From Raillietiella orientalis (taxonomy: Eukaryota), in assembly GCA_036172245.1 (NCBI GenBank), contig JAYWIR010000026.1:1736001-1800000 (forward strand): 64,000 nucleotides of DNA. Direction: 5' to 3'. A program made the position numbers and the translations under genes. Positions 1-12,000 of the stretch are shown in pieces. Each line of letters starts with the position of its first letter. Position 1 is the first letter of the stretch. The notes beneath the pieces are model-generated. The model saw nothing but the letters and a program-made list of their open reading frames with translations. It had not been told where the DNA came from and searched no databases.

Positions 1-3000
1 GGCCAGGCGTACCTTCCCTTCGCCGCCGCCTGATTCCGAGAGGGAAGGAAGAAGCGCAGGAGGCGCATCTCCCCAACATCAGAAGACGGGCTGGATGGGG
101 CAGGTGAGGGGTCGGTCGGGCAAGGCATTGGTGGGCCGCGCTTCCACGAGCAGGGTTCCCCGTTCTCCCGTTCGCACTGCGACACTTCTTGCTCGCGGGC
201 GGAGAGACGCGCCGGGCAGAGAGGAAGCACGAGAAGGGGAGCTGACGGTCCCACCTCTCCCGTTCGCCCCGCTCCGTGGGCGACCTTCCCACATGGAGGC
301 TCCCATGGCGGAGATGCCCTGTGGAGGGCAGGGCAAATCTTCCCTGTCTCTGCCCTGGGAGAGGATCGCGCCGAGTTACCCCTCCGGTCTTTCCGGTCCG
401 GAATATCCCTCCCCGGAGGATCTCTAGAGCGGGTGGGGGGGGGGGGGGGTAGGACGTCCTTGGGAGGTATCGGCCAAGGGACTACCCGCCTGCGCCTCTT
501 CGCTGTCCCTCCACCTGCGGTCAGTCTCCGGAAGAGTGCAGCCAGGCAGGAGGGAGGGAGTTAGCGGAGCACTTCGCTCCTCCTTTTTTTTCCTTTCCCT
601 CTTCCAACCCCCTCCTCTCAGAGCCGTGACCCATGCTCTGGTCAGCGGGTCAGTACTGCGCATCCGGCGGGAGGTCGACGACGAGGCGCATGGGAAGGGA
701 CTCAGCGCCTTCGGGGAACACCAGGGACTCAGTAGGAGAAGCCTGAGGGGTCCTGTTGAGCTCCTGAGTGGCTCCCGGGATTCCGGGGGGCCTGAGACCC
801 TGTTTCTTTCCAGAAGACTCTTGTGCATTTCCCTCCTTCCTGCCCCTCTTTACTTCTCCTTCCAGTATGCCCTTCCGCCGGGGGCTCTCTCGCCCGTGTA
901 TCCCCTCCCTTGGGGTCTGGAGCCGATCTGAAAAGTATAGCTGCCAGAAGGTCCCTGGAGACACCCTTTCTGTCCCACTTCACCCGGGTGGGAAGGCTCC
1001 CCGGGGAGCACCCGAGAGGGCGAGGAACGCGTGGCAAACCCCGTCTTTTCTATGCCGACCTCGGGGCTTTTTTCCACCGCACTCCCGCGTTCAGAAGCGC
1101 CGTCTCGGGTGCCCCCGATCCACCCCACGAGGAGACGGGGAAGCAGATCAATCGGCGCTGCCTCTTCCCGGGTCCGGGAAGACGGGCGCGGAGGGAATCT
1201 CCTGGTTTCCCTGAAGGGACGCTTCTTCCCCTCCGCCTCCTGATCCCGAGGGGCGCACAGCTGGGGTGCTGCGGGCCAGACTCCGGGCTTCTCTCCCGTC
1301 CCCCGCGGGTGCTTCCGGTCATCCAGGGGAAGGGTGTGGTGACTTCCTTCTTCCCTCGCCCCTCCGTCCCGGATCCCCGCCTGCGGGGAGAGGAAGGAAC
1401 TCCCGTCATGTTCCCTCCTCGCGTTCGTCCCGCTCCCGGAATCGCACCGCCATCCCAGCCGGAACGACAAGAACGAGGCTTGACTTCTAGGACGAGCACA
1501 AGGGAGGACCCCTCCCCTTCCCCCCTCTCCCTTTCGTGCCATTCTCTCTCCCGGTTCCTTTGCGGAATTGCCCGGAGTCAGTTTCCGGGGTCGTCATTCC
1601 CGCCTTGCTCTCGGAGGAGGCAGGGGAAGGGCTCCAAAGACGTGGGTAGGATCGGTTATGGGTTCCTCCGGGGACGGCGCCCTCTCCCCGTTCCGCTGCT
1701 TCGCCTCCCTGCTCCGGTGGGGTCTGCAGAAGAGAATAAATCTCAGGGGAGCGCCCCGTGGTCCAGCAGGATGTCATTATCCCTCGCGGAAGAGACTGCT
1801 GCTGCAATTAGAGGAAGATGGCGGCGGCGCCCGGGACGGCGGCGGCGGTCGTCGCCGGGAGCGGGGCCGCCGCTTCCCGGTGCAATGATTAGGATCTCCG
1901 GCCATGAAATTACCCTCATCTTCGGTGGGCAGCCGGGGTATCCGCCGTTCTGTCAGGCTCCGCGGGTGATGGATGGCTTCCATGGGAACGGTCTCGCCGC
2001 TGCGCGGGCCGCTGCTGCCGTTTCTGCTGCGCCGCCTCCAGATGGTGCCCTCCTCCCTTTCCTGGGGGGGGGGGCTCAGAAGGAATCCTTCACGATGCCC
2101 TCCTCCCCCGGCAGCGAGGGAGGCTCCCACCCGCGCGGTCCGAGGAGGAAGGGGTGGAGGAGGGGTGAGAATCCGCGCGCCGAAGAGTCAGAAGAGCAAG
2201 GGGGTGGAATGGAGGTGAAGAAGCAGGGGGAAATCCCAGCTTAATTGCCGGCTGTTGTTCGGACCCGTACGAAGACCCCGGACGGATTATTTATTTTGCC
2301 GTGCTCTTCCGTAATTGTGGTCGTGCCAGGAGCTTCCTCCGAAGGGACCTGCCCTTTCTTGGCCGGTCGGCAAAGGGAAGCCCGACCAGGAGGAGGAGAA
2401 AAAAGGAACAAGGTCGCGCCTGCTGCACCTCGGCGTTCGGCAGAAGAGGGCATCGGCGATTCGCAGAGCGAAGGGAAGGGGATGAGTTTAGGGAGTGGGG
2501 TGGAACAGCCATCCTCACGACAAGGCATGTCTGTCTGCTTCTGGGGTTCCAGCCACTGTCTCTGTCTCCCCACTTCCGGTCGGACGCAGTGTGGTCGTAA
2601 GGGGCAGCGATGTTGGCGGTGGCCATTTATTACGGGCGACGGCGGTTGCGACGGTGAGGCAGAGCGTCGTGCGTAGCACCAGCCAGCAGCGCTCCCGGCC
2701 TCCTCCTCCTCCTCCTCCTCTTCCTCCCCCGCCGAAGAGAAAGACGTCCCCTTCCGTCCCATCACTCTTCCGCGGCTCTCCAGGGTAATTAGGATGTGCA
2801 GCTCCTCCTGACAAAGACGCTGGCATTGTGCTGCTGCTGCTGCTGCTCACGGTGAGAGGCGCGTCCCTTCCGCCGGTATCTCGCCGAGCGACGGGAGTCA
2901 TAAATCTGACGCTCAATTGAGATGCTCTGGGAACGCCGGAAGGACTTCGTGTAAACACCGATCCCGGCAGCGCATTATCTCGGGAATCGCCGCCAGCCGG

Positions 3001-6000
3001 GCCTGTTTGGGGGAGTGGGAAAGGGGGGGCGGGGGAGAGATGAAAAGCCATCGTGCGTGCTCCGCATCCTGTCGCTCCTCTCCCCTCCGGACCCCCTGTT
3101 TTCATCATTGTTGTATCGGCAGGGAGATGAAGGAGGAGGGGAGGCAGAGAATTCGCCGGCGCCGCGGGGCGAGTCCGAGAGGCTCCCGGTACAGGAAGGA
3201 CGGGGAACGTCCGGCTGCGATATCCGGTCGTTTGTGGAGGAGCGATCTGTGCGTCCCCGTGCTCCGAGAGATCAGCGGTGCGTCCTCGCCACTTGGAAAG
3301 TGGAGAAGGAGGAAGGGGGGGAGGAGAAGAGAAAAGTCTCGGTATTGTCCAGTCTCCGGACATTGCGCGCACCGACCCTACTCCTCCGAGCTGCTTTCCC
3401 CGGGCGTCGCATTCTCGGCGCGAGGCAAAGGGAGCAGGGAGGGAGAGATGAGAACAAGGAAGGAGGGGACCGTCCAGTGCCCTCTTCTTCCCTCGCCCCG
3501 TCCTCGTCTCACTCGGCGTGGGGTACCTAACCAAAGCATCCCATGGAAGTCGAGCCACCGACAACTGCGGAGGACGGCGACAAGGTCGGCAGGTTCCCGC
3601 GAAGATCAGCACCGGTGAAAATGTTTGGAACGCTGCCGCCTCCACGAAGTTGGGAACAAGGGAAATCCCCCTCAAGTAGGGTGGCGTCGGGGGGCTAAAG
3701 CGGATCACATTCCTGGTGGAGGCGTCCGGTACGGCCGCGAAGACTCCTTTCCGAACACGGCCCTCGCATCTCGTCCTCCAGGCTTTGAGATTCCGGGGAG
3801 GTAAATGGAACGGGAGGTCGCCACAGGGTTGCCAGGCACCCGACCGATCCCAGCCTACAGCCTTATCAGCAGCGGGTGCAGCGGCGCACGAGACGTTCCA
3901 GGTTGCTGCTCGCAGGTGTCTCGCCAGCAGCCGATTGCATCCTCCGTCCGGGAGCGCCGGTGCTGCTTTTTCCGTCGTTCCCGAAAAGGCTCGACGGATC
4001 CTTACTTGCATTCCTCGATTAAGTGATCTCCAAGGGACGCCCAGCCAAATGAACACCTCCTCACCAGTGGACTCGCATCGGGGAAAATGAAAGATTAAAA
4101 AAAAAAAAAGGTGTCCACGTTCAAGAACCGAAAGAGATCGAAGATGAAAGCACCCTCGCTAGGGGGTCCTCCCCGTACGACTGACTCACGTTGCGAGCTC
4201 GCTGGCTTCTTGTGCCTTCACTGCGGAAAATTTCCAGGATATTCATTTTTTGGTTCGCTTCCCTTGTCTTCCAGAGAGAGAGAGGAAAGATAACACCACA
4301 TGAGCAGATTTCTGGACATTTTTTCTCTCCGTCTCTCTCTCAAGCCACCAGTAATCGATGGACCGCTTCAGCTGTCCCGGAACTCCCCTGGAAAGGCTCT
4401 CATCGGTTCTTTTTCGCTATGCATTTGTCCTAGTCGAGAACGGGCGTGGAGGGAAACGGAGGCGACTCGCTGTCTCCGTCGCAACGATGAGAGGCGTTAG
4501 CTGGGCAGCGGTCGATCCGCCGTTCGCCCTCGGCGGCCACGGGGTGCGTGCAATCTGTTGCCAGGGCGGCGTGCAGCAGCAAGGATGCTCGCCGATCCAG
4601 CCTCTCCCCCCGCCATGCCAAAGTAGGTACAACGTGACCGCCGAGAGGGGGCGGCATCAACCCCCGCGCGCCCGCGACGGGAGAGCGCGCGCGAACTCAC
4701 GCACGGCCTAGGAACGCGCGACGCTACGGCGCGCGGAGCGGAGCTGCCATCCCGCCGCCATCCTCTGGGAACGGCTGAGGGCGCCGCCGCGAACGCTGCA
4801 AGGGAGACCCCGTGCAAGCTGTCCCAACAGGAGGAGAAGCGTCGCTGCGCGGTTGCTCCGGGCGAGGCGTGGCGAGCGAGCCCTAGCCAGGACTCTTGAG
4901 AGAGTCCTGACGCTCGGAGCGCGCCGCCCCGCTTCCCGCACTGCCTGTTGCCGCCGGTCAGCAGCGACCGTTGGGTTGGGCGGCGCTCGACGGGAAGAGT
5001 TGGCGCGCTCGAGGGCGGATGCTGCTGACACAGGATGGGGCCCGCCGCGCGGAAGGCGTGCGGTGCCTGGGGTGCGTGCGTGCGCTCGTCGCCGCCGCGC
5101 GTGTGGTGGGTGTGTTTCCCGGTGACCGCGACGATCCGTGGGCCGACTCCCCCGTATTGCTGTGAAGGAGGTGGTGCTGCGAACGGGGGAAGCCCTCGGG
5201 CTCGACCCGGTCCTTCGGTTGCCGGGCGCTGGATTCCTGCTTGCCCGGGGCCGCGCGAGCGTCAGCTTCGAATTGTTCCCAGCAGAGCCGAGTTGCCAGC
5301 GACACACCGCAGCCGGGACGTCATCATTCCTTGACTCACACGTGTCCTGGAATCGCTAAAGGCTCAAGGAGAGGCAGGAAGGGAATGCGCCCTCCCTTAC
5401 GTGGGGGTGCGTCCCATCCTGCCAGGGAGCGTCCAGGAAGCGGAGCGTCTGCAGGCGGCCTGCTTCGGAAATCACGAAGGAGAGTGTCGCACCTCTCCCG
5501 TGCCTCCTAGGGCCCCCCTCCTTTCTTGTCCCCTTCCTCGATTCCCTTACGGAGGAGGACAGGACATTACGATCCCTTCTCGTGCTCTGCCTCTATAAGA
5601 GGCCTTCTCTGCCTCTCGGAAGGCCGTCGGACCCCTTTGGGCAACGCTCGGGACGCAGGACCTAGTTCACCTGGAGGAAGAGCTCCCCAAGCCAGGGACC
5701 TATCCCCTACGGGCGAGAGCTTCTCCCAGGTAGCCGGGGAGCGATGCTGGAGCCCGGCAGGGTCCATTCCTTTCGAAGGATGTCCCTTGCAGAGGGTCCT
5801 ACCGACTTCCCCTTTCCTTGATTTCCTTTCCTCCCTCCTCCCCTTTCCTCTTCTCGTTGCTGCGGGAGCCCGGCCGGGTCATCGGGGAACTGGCTCTCGG
5901 CATTCCTTCCGGACACCAACTCTGGACTTTTTCGGTCTCCAGGGCGTGGAGACCCATGGGTCGGGGAGTAGGCTTTGTACTCCTCCCTCCGGCAGGTAGT

Positions 6001-9000
6001 CTCAGTCGCCTTCGTTGCCGCCAGCCGGCGTGCTTCGGGCGCAACCTCGACGAGGAAGCGCCCGCTTCTTCCCGCAAAGGGGGGAAGAGGAGGAGGAGAC
6101 GGTAGTGTCATCATCCCGGCCGTCCCATCCTTCGAAAAGAAGACCACCACCAGCCTCCTGCCGCTCAAGGTGCCCCCGTCTCCCTCCCCATTCCCTTCTG
6201 CTGCGGGCGCCCGTTCCGATCCTGTAGGATGCCTCCCGGCTCACCTCCCCGAGCGAGGTGCCAGAAGGAACGACCTTCACCTGGAAAGTGACTTCCTCGC
6301 GCACGCGTGCGGCCCCGACGGAGATCCTGCCCTTCCCTCTCCAGGAGCATGGGTCCGGTCCCGCGCTCGGGCGGCGCTCACGGCGGGAAAACGTGGCGCT
6401 GCCTGGCCCCTCTGAGTAGATCGACGAGGGAGGAGGGGGAGAGAAGGCGTCCTCGGAGCCAAACTCGGAGTCCCGCCCTTTCCTTGGAAGCTCCTGTCAT
6501 CGCTTCCGGCCCGCCCTGCCCTCAGCCCCTCTTCCAGGGCGGAGCCGTCCCGCCCACCCTCGCGGGCTCGTTCGTGGCGCGGCCCTTCCTCCCTCGGCAG
6601 CTGAGACTTCGCGCCTTCCTGGAACGGGAAGACTCCCGGAAGACGGAGGTGACCAGCGTCCCTCCCTCGCCAGTCCCCTGGCAGGGGTCGTGGCGCTTCC
6701 TTTTTCTATAGAAGGGGGGATGGGAGGCGACGCTTCCCTGCACCACCCTTGCTGCTTCCTCCCGAAGGCTACCGGAAAGGCGCAGCAGCAGAGGGAGGGC
6801 GGTGTGGGGAGGGAGCGCTTCCTGGAGCCATGGCTTGGAATTCCCCTGAGGGAACGCACCGGGGCCAAGTGCCAAGTGGCACGAGTCGACAGCCTGCAGG
6901 CCAGGAAGACCAGGCGCAGAGAAGACGGCTGCGCCGCCCTGGTGGGTGCGTCGTTGCCAGGCTATGGCTCCAGGTCCAGGGTGCGGCCTCCCCTCCAGAC
7001 CTCCGAGTACTCTGCGCGCCCTCCTAAGGGAGCACACCACGTCCGCAGTATTACCCTTTCCCCGCTCCCCCTCCATCCCCAGAGGGGCGACCGGAAACGG
7101 GGTGCGCGCGCGCGCCATTCTGGAGTCCACTTCCGCGGCCCGCTCCAGCGTCGCGCGCGGTGGGCGCGCTTCCTCGGAGCTCCAGACGAACCTTCGCCCT
7201 TCTCTTCCTCCCATTCTAGCAGGAAGACGGGGGAAAAAGAGTGGTCGGCAGCGCGGAGGAAAAAAACGCGCCCCCTTCCTCCCCGCTTCTGCCCGACGCG
7301 CGCTTCCTTCTGTCTTCCGGGTTTGCCCTCCAGGATCCGCCCTACGCAGAGAAAGAGGATCTGTGCCGGAGGGTCAAGGGCAAAGCCCCCCACACCTCCT
7401 GGGCCCGAGTCACTCTTGCTTTCTCCCGTCGTCACAGCCGCCTCTGTGCTCCTCCGTCACCACGGCGACTGTCCGATCGGGTTCCCCACCCCGGCTTCCA
7501 CGCCAGAGAGAATCCGCCCCGACCTGGGAAGGAAGGGGCTCTCCCCCCTTCCTTCCCAGGTCCGAAGCGTTCTGGCTGGTCCGGGACTAGCAGCCCCGCC
7601 AAACCTCCTTCGAACGCAGGGGCATCTCCCCTTCCCGGAAGTTACCGCGGCTGCTCTTGAAAACGACGAGATCAGCGTTTCCAAGAGCGACCTCGAGGAT
7701 GGCGTCACCAGACGAGAAATGACGTCAGCAGGAAGTGAAGCAGATCGATCTGCATTCCTCCGTCTTCAGATGCTCCCGACCACTTCATGGGCTGAGAAGA
7801 AGAGGGAACGAGGAGGGAGAGGCGAGGAGGAGGAAAATGAGAAAGTAGAGGAGAAAAGAATGCGCGGGTATGTGAAAGGACGTCTGCTGCTGCTGCTCAT
7901 AGGCGGCGCGCCAGCGCATCCGCCTGTGAGATCACGTCCCGAGACCGATTGTTCGCCACCTCCGTCTCCCTCCTTCCGGTTTCTTTTGGATGGCACCGCC
8001 GGTCCGGCATTCGCGCAGGAAATTCTCTCGCCAGCTCATGCGAGGCGGGCGCCGGCTGCGGGAGGGAAGAAACGTCTTCCCCCTTCCCCCTACGCAGCTC
8101 GGCTGTCTTCCGCCTGCCCTCCCCTCGATCAGGACTGCGCATCTCTGCAGAGCCATGCACCGGCGAGAAGCGCTGTCCCCGCGCGCCCAGTCCTTCCGTG
8201 CTGCTGCCCTTCTCTTTCTGAACGGACTCGAAATCCCTTTCGTCGCCTCCGCATAAGAGCGGGAAGTCGCGGATGTCAGCTCAATAGCCGGGAGCTTGTC
8301 GTCTCCTTCCCGTCCTGTCGTCGCGGCGACGCTGGGGAACTTTCTGCGTGCTTCCACGGTGATAGGGGAGAAGAGGGGGGAGGGGTGCTTCATCCGATTT
8401 GGAGAAAGGATGAGCGGTGGGGAACCCGGAAGAGGGCAACTGCCTGCATAGCGTGACGGGACTGGAGGGCGCTGAAGGACGGGTCATGGAAGGAGTCTCC
8501 TGGAACTATGGGGACTTCGGGCTCCTCGGACTTTTCCTACAGGCGGGAGTCAGCCCGGACAGTTCTTCCGGCCCGTCCCAGCAACGGAGCAGATCCAGCA
8601 TCCTCTCTGCTTTCGGGATTGAGCTTTCCTTAGTGGACCTACCCGTAGGAGGGACGCTTCCCCCTGTGCTCTTCCCATGCAACGAAAGCTCCCGGGGAAC
8701 GCGCCGTGCCTCCAGCAGCAGGAGAAGCAGCACCACCGCAAGCTGCCGAGTGCTCCAATGGTCAAGAGCCAATCAGGGGGCGAGGGCGTCCGGAGGACGC
8801 AAGCCGAGTTCCCCCGGCGAGCCTCGAAAGAAAGGCAGGCGCTCTTGAGGGGAGGGGACGAGCGGCAGACATGGGGGGAAGGAGCGCGAGGGCTCCATGG
8901 CAACGCACGCGGAAGGGTGCTCAGCGCGGAGGCAGCTGAGGAAACGCGTCCGGACCCTCGCCGCGCCAGTCGGTCGTGGTCTCGGGTGCCATGACAACGG

Positions 9001-12000
9001 GTGTTTGCACCCGGGCTGCGTGCTTGGCTCGTCTCCCGATCGCAGGGTGCAGCCAGCGTCCGGCCCCGAGTCCTCCTTCATGGGTTCTGAAGGTGCGCCC
9101 CTCGGACCACCATCGGAAACCCGGGAGGCGTTCCTTGGAAGGGGCACTTCCCGGCACTCTCAGGGTCCCGAGGAAGAGGCTTGAAGCTCAGACGCCGGAC
9201 TGCGACGGATTAGTCCGGGATGTGGAAAAGCCCGCGGCGTCTCGGAGCGCGGAAGCTCTGGGGCCGGCGGCGTCCGTCTTCGCGGAGCGATTCTCCGCCG
9301 CTGGTCTCCGGCGGCCGCGGTTCCGATCGGATGGGCGGCACCGTGCCCGAGGTCGATCGCGCACCCGTCGTCATCTGTGGGCGCTAAAAAAACGCCCGAG
9401 AGAAACGTGGCTACCAGCAGCCGTGCGGCGCGGAGAACTGTGGGAGGCAGCGCACTACTTTGGAAAGGGAGTGGGGGTGGGGGAGCTGGTCGGACGATCC
9501 CCGACGATTGGGAGGCGGCGTCTCGACTTTCCGCGGTCCCGGGCATCCTCGCTGACCGAGAGGGAGAGAAGGGGGAAGGGGAAGCGCTCGGACCCGTTCG
9601 AGAAGTCCCCCTCCCGGGCAGAGCTGGAGGCCGGGAAGAACGATGGGAGGGACGGGGAAGAAGGGAGAAGGGGGTATCACGGATGCGGCGGCGCCGCGGC
9701 CGCGTGGCCTCCGGGTGGATCGGCGTCCGAGGCGTGCTCGCGCGGCGGCACGAGGGAGCGAAGGAGGGGGAGCGGGAAGGAGGAAGGACCGTTTCGGGGA
9801 TCGGGCGTTCTCGACCCGAGGGAGCGAAAACGGCGCAGCTGCCGCCTTCATCTCGGGAAAAATCCCGAGCCGTCCGAGGGAGGAAACGCAGATAAGATTA
9901 AGCTCGTGGGAGACGGGACACGCAGCTACGCTTGCAGGACGGGGAGGGGTCCCGCGCGCGCGCGCACACACAGTTGCGAGCGTTCACGCGGGAGCGGGGT
10001 GCTCCGAGAAGATAAAGGAGGACTCGGCTCCGCGGATGCTCGGAGGAGCGCCCGGCGGATTGGGAAGATTCTCGGCGTCTCGACTTTCCGCAGTTCCGGG
10101 TATCCCTGTCGACCCCTCCGCAACCGTCCCCCCCCCCTCCTCCTCCTCCTCCTCTTCAGCCCGTGCCGCCGCAGCCGACTGAGGGTCGCCGGAGACGGAT
10201 CTGCATCCACCCACCCACCCCGGCGAGGAGGAGGAGGCGACAGACATCTCCCTCCCAAGGGAGGGGGGAAGGGGGGGAGGGAAGTCTTTCGAAACACTTC
10301 GTGCGCGTGCCAGGGCTGCGCCACCGGTCGTCACCTCTCTTCTTCCGAATGGGTCAACAAATTTTCAGCCGTAGGGGAGCCGACAAGGCGGGCACCCGCA
10401 AAAAGTTGCTCCCCCCCCCCCTTCCCCGCCTTGCAAGACAGCGAGCGTGGCCACGGCGGCGAGTCGCGGGGAGGGGGAAGGAGGACCTCAGTCTCGGTTC
10501 GTGCGCGCGCGCTCGGGCGCGCCAACTGCGCAGGTCGACTGCCTCGCAAGCGGCCGTCGAGCTCGGGGCGTAGCGGAGAGGGAAGGGGGATGGAAGCGGA
10601 GGAGCAGAACGCGCGGGCGCGCGCGCCTCTTCTGTGTCATCCGTCGGCGTCGTCGGCAGCAGCAGCAGCAGCAGCCGGAAAGTCATTTTTTTGCAGGACG
10701 CCCGATTTTATCTCGGTCGGTCCTGCAGCAGCGGGGTCCTCCCGAAATGAGAAGTTGTCACTCGCGTTCCGCGTGGGTCAAAACCCAATTAGGGGAGACG
10801 GGATCCCCGGTGATATATCTCTTCTGGAGGTTGCTGGGTGAGACCACGGGATGGAGAGGCCGTCGAGGACCACCCACTCTCGAGCGTGGAAGCCGCCGCC
10901 GCTGCCTCGCACGCATTCCGCCCGCTTCTCTCCCTCCCTCCCCGCCCCTCCCACTCCCCAGTCCTCTCTGCCTCTCTTGGAGCTCTCCTCTTGTCCTCCC
11001 TTTGAGGGAGGACGGACGGGTGTCTGAGCGCCGCAGTGCCTGCGGAGCGTTTGGGGAGGAAGAGGAACGCAGAAAAGGAACGGCCGCCGCCACCACAGCC
11101 CATCCCCCGACTCCGCCCTCGGCCCCCCCGCGTGGATGTGGCGCGTGGAAGGTTGGGACCTGAACCGGGAGGGAACGGGAAAGTTCCGGGTTGCGCGGTG
11201 CCGCCTTTGGCGCCCAGAAGGGCAACGCCAAACCTCCGGAGCGAAATGATGTGGCCGGCGCGGGCGCCGTCGTTTCGGGAGCATCTCACCTTCCCTCACC
11301 GTCTGCAGAGGCCGCGCAGACGCGCTCCCTTTGAGCCCGGGACGAGAAAGAGGAAGAATGCGGCTCCGGAATGGTGTCCTGAAGGACACGGGAGAAGGAG
11401 GAGGAGATCCTGGGCTTCCTCGATCCGGGGGCAACCCACGTGCGGTTGCACCTCCTGCAACAGCACGTGGGACCTGGAGCGGCCAGACATCCCTTCTTCT
11501 GAGGAAGTGGGAGACGAGCTACGGAGGAAAGGAGAGTCAAGGACATCCGACTGGCGCGTTCTTGGCGGAGAGTGTACTGGATCGGGAGGGGGGGGGAGAA
11601 CTCGAGGGGCTGCGGGGCGCTTTCGAGGAGATGCGTTATCCGTCCGTGCCCTGTTCCAGGGCCCTGGAGAGCCCCGAGGCTCAGGACACCGGTCGAGCAG
11701 GAAGATTCCGGGAGAAGCCTGGGGGGAAGCAACTGACACTGACCGGATCTCCTCGAGCTGGATGCGGAGGGCAGAAGGAGTTCTGGGTTGCCAGGGGGCG
11801 GCCTGCGCCCCCGAGGTCACCTTCCATTATTTCTGCATCTACCCTGCCCGCGTAGCTGGGGAGGTCTGAGGAGGTCTCCTCGGGATCTGCTCGCAGCCTC
11901 GGGTTCCCTCGCATCCTGTGCTCGCAGGTGCATTCACCTCTTCCACCTTCGTGTAGAGCCGGCGATGCAGCGCGAGCGAAGTGTCCTGGAAGGGTCAGCA

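Noticed and set aside
10696..10838. Possible plus-strand exon (ttttgcag| ... gg|gtgaga)
   Set aside because: No recognisable product and no partner exon identified.
6690..10841. Long ORFs 6690-8456 (588 aa) and 8976-10841 (621 aa)
   Set aside because: R/G/P/S/A-rich low-complexity translations with overlapping ORFs in several frames, crossing homopolymer runs and showing no domain motif; expected in GC-rich non-coding DNA.
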